Program-made: the position numbers and the translations under genes | The notes under the pieces: generated by a model | The model's input: the letters and a program-made list of their open reading frames with translations, nothing else | Database searches by the model: none | Told to the model about the DNA's origin: nothing | Assembly (NCBI RefSeq): GCF_018350175.1 | Contig: NC_058368.1 | Location: forward strand, 178,066,001 to 178,130,000 | Direction: 5' to 3' | DNA: 64,000 nt | Source of the DNA: Felis catus | Lineage: Eukaryota | Shown: piece by piece, positions 61,119-64,000 of the stretch | How the letters are laid out: each line of letters begins with the position of its first letter | How positions within the stretch are numbered: position 1 is the first letter of the stretch

Positions 61119-62694
61119 ATAAAAGTAAATAGCAGAAAAAGTTGTCAAAAGAGGTTTCCTCTGGGGAATGGAATGGGAATTACAGGTGGGGAGGGATTGC
61201 TGTTATTTGCTCTAAGTCTGGTGTAACTCTATTGTTATATACACATATATTTCCTGGGGCTAAACATAAATTTTAAATTAAAACATAACACAATCAGATA
61301 ATCACTTATGAGTTGGTTGAATCTTGGCTCTGCCTACCAAGCTGGTCCAGCTTGTGAGTTGGACCAACTTGATCTTAAACTTTTCCTAAAATTGGAAAAC
61401 CTTTTGCAGAGTCGTGATGAGGACAAAATGAGATACACATGTACGAGTTTCTAGGGAATACAGAGGCACTTAATAAATAGCAGCTTTTTTTTTCATTAGT
61501 TCATGGCAATCAATAATTATAGTAAAAGTAGGTCCTTTTAGAATAATTAACCTACTCTGGCACAGTAACCTTTGACCGAATATCACTCTAGGCAGAATAT
61601 TATATTGGCTCGCTTTAGACTCTTGCTAAATGGCCTGGCTGTTGCCTGAGAAACAGTGATTTAAACTAGACATATGGATTTCTAAGTATGATAGATGAGG
61701 TAAGATAACAGCTGGAAAGGAGGGAACCTCAAGGAAAGGAGGGGAGGGAATTGATTTTGGTTTCTTTCAAAAGGCTGGTGTCATTTTTCTTAGATTTGTC
61801 ATCATGTCTTGTTTGATCACTTGAAATCTAGGTGTCAATACGAGCCACATGCCTCACAAAAGCAGCAGCAGGTTTTGTGGAGGAAGCGTGAAAGGTTTGG
61901 AGAGAAAAGGAGCAGATACTGTCTCATGCCAGTTGCCATCCTGGAGGACAGCCATGCAGGACAGAGGACATTGAGAGCTGCCTAAACAGGAAGTAGGATT
62001 AGAGGGGCAGCTGGATATGAGTTTGAAAGGGACGCACATGAAGTATCCCCTGTGTTCCAAGGCTTGGCTAGTCAGGTTCCTTTGAAACCACACCACCCCA
62101 ACCTTAACCCAAATAACTAGTTCACGATACAGCTATTTACACCCTCCCCTTTGACAAATGAGAAAATTTAAGCAAAGAGGTTAAAAATTTTGCCCAAGAT
62201 TGAATATTTACAGAACCAGGATTTGTACCCAGGTGAATCTCCAAAGTCCATCTACTTTTTTCACTTTATCATTCTCTCTCTCCCCAGACGTGAACTTATT
62301 TTTATGAAATAAGTGCACGCAAGCCCTTTGTAAGGTATAAAGTATTATATAAATCCAAGACGTTTTAGATGTTATTTAACATCTGAAAGGCAAAAGGCAT
62401 CTGAAAACCAGAGAGGTAGTTATGCTCATGTAATGCTCAACATATTTTAGTTTGTGGAGCCGGTTGAAAAAAGAGAAAGGAATATGAGACTGAAATGGAG
62501 ATGAAGTGGAGACAGAGATGAAAGGTAGTGAGTTTTAGTGTTTCAAAGAAAAATAATAATAAACTTATTTCTGAGTAGAAGAAATTTTGATGTTTAAACA
62601 TTTGTCTCTTACATGAAAAAAATACATAATATGAATGTTCTGGGTATAAAATTAAAGAGGTATTATTACAAGGCTGATCCACAAAAAGTTTCGG

Positions 62695-62849
62695 TCTTCG
62701 CTACTCAAAGTGTTGGTTGGAACCAACAGCTCACCTGCTTCCCCTGGGAATTTGTAGGAAATGCAGAATCTGAGCCTCACTGAGTCCTGGGTTCCATTTG
62801 ACCATGACCCCAGGTGATGGGTCTGCACATTGCAGTCTCAGAAGCATTG
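62695..62849 (+). mobile_element. MER5A-like hAT MITE
   Basis: CTACTCAAAGTG...GAAATGCAGAATCT...CCCCAGGTGAT...TCTCAGAAGCATTG follows the MER5A layout. Confidence 0.7.
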
Positions 62850-64000
62850 CTTCCGGCCAAAAGCTAAAGACTGTGAATGAAGAGAAAGGGCATAAATTTG
62901 GGCAAGGCGTTTATGCATTATATCTTCTAATGAGAAAAATGAATTTCAGAGAGTATCCTGAGTATTTTGTATGACCAATCAGTATGAACAAATCACTCCA
63001 GTGGCCACAGAAGTGATTTGACTGTGGCTGGGGAGTGGGGTGTGGAGGGAAGTTATGTCTTAAATAAGGGTCAATAAACAAACAAAAGGTTTAGGGATTA
63101 AAAGGGGTAGGAAAATTTAATTCAGCCTACCTTAATCAATTGCATTTTAATTAGCCAAGGAGGACATAAGTGAAATCTTGAAAATTTAGTTTAAGATCTT
63201 TCCTCGAATAACATTATATGTTGCATGAAACAAAGGCAAAACTTGGTGGATTTCTCACTTGTCAGAGCAATTCAATATTTTATAAAGAAGTTGAGTTTAC
63301 TCCTTTAGTGTGCTGAGGTGGAGGGAAAGGATATCTGGGGTATCTGGCACCTTATGAAGAACCAGCAGTGGAGCAGGGAATGGTACCTTTAGGTCTCCTG
63401 AGTCCCTGCTAGGGGCTAGGTCAAATCTCCTGTCAGCTTGTCGTTACCATTTATGACTGAACTCTCAGCAGAGCATTATACTGGAAGAGATTGGTGAAAG
63501 CGTGAGGCAGGGATACAGAGATTCATGGATTCACAACTAAAGCTGTGGGTCTCTGATGTAAAGGAAATTATAATCCCTCCGGTCCTTAAGATTTATACTC
63601 TTTCAGATCAATTCATCAATAGATATTTAGTGAGCACATACTTTGTGAACAACTCCGTGCAGTAATACAGAGTGTAAGCTGTAGTTCTTTCTTTTCCAGA
63701 ACATTTAATCTCCATGCCAGAATTGGCAGAATAATTCATGGAGGAGGGGGTGATGCACATCTGGGTTGGAGGGGTCATTAAAATAATACACTGATTGTAT
63801 TTAGGACTTGACAGTGACAAAGCACATTCAGAGTCAGTTTTCACATCTTAGAACTATGCAAACAGGTTTGAAGAGGTCTCATGACCCCCTCAAGGTCATC
63901 CCCACTGGTAAACTGGCAGAGCTGAAAATAAAAATCCAGATCTTTCATTGCTTAATTCCATGAGGAAGAAGAATCCAGGTGATGGTGGTGATGATGATGG

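Larger units (their letters stand above)
57770..61200 (+). mobile_element. Ancient HAL1/L1ME-like element, split by younger L1 and SINE insertions
   Basis: 5'-like GGACTTCTGGTTAAACATGG at 57776; A-rich ORF1-like segment at ~60000-60360 (AAGTCAAACATCTAACTAGTAGGA...GAAATTATCAAAGAAA). Confidence 0.5.

Noticed and set aside
37600..64000. Exons of a neighbouring gene (GABRP is upstream in human, from memory)
   Set aside because: No GABA-A receptor-like peptide or exon-like segment was visible within the window.

Overview
Mammalian genomic DNA from a felid, judged from abundant carnivore tRNA-derived Can-SINEs including the young SINEC_Fc-type subfamily. The left 37 kb holds the 5' part of RANBP17 (importin-beta/exportin-7 family) on the minus strand. 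I could place coding exons 1-9 to the base: all GT-AG, phases consistent, 954 nt = 318 codons, and the gene runs off the left edge. A CpG-island promoter lies at about 36.4-37.35 kb. The right 27 kb is intergenic, with no recognisable gene. The rest is interspersed repeat: about 28 Can-SINEs, old L1/HAL1-like fragments, an MLT1 LTR, a MER21-like LTR, MIR/L2 and hAT DNA transposons. I see no evidence for a wholly new multi-gene system. The best leads are: (i) a near full-length 2.4-kb Cheshire/MER58-family hAT fossil with both TIRs and transposase remnants in intron 2; (ii) an unexplained, diverged ~170-bp direct duplication in intron 3; (iii) three SINEs inserted serially into one target site; (iv) inverted SINE pairs that could drive dsRNA editing or back-splicing of exons 2-3; (v) a possible alternative first exon ending in ATG, in frame with exon 2. 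Repeat subfamily names come from my recollection of consensus sequences and need a RepeatMasker/Dfam check. Repeat boundaries are approximate unless a TSD or TIR is quoted.
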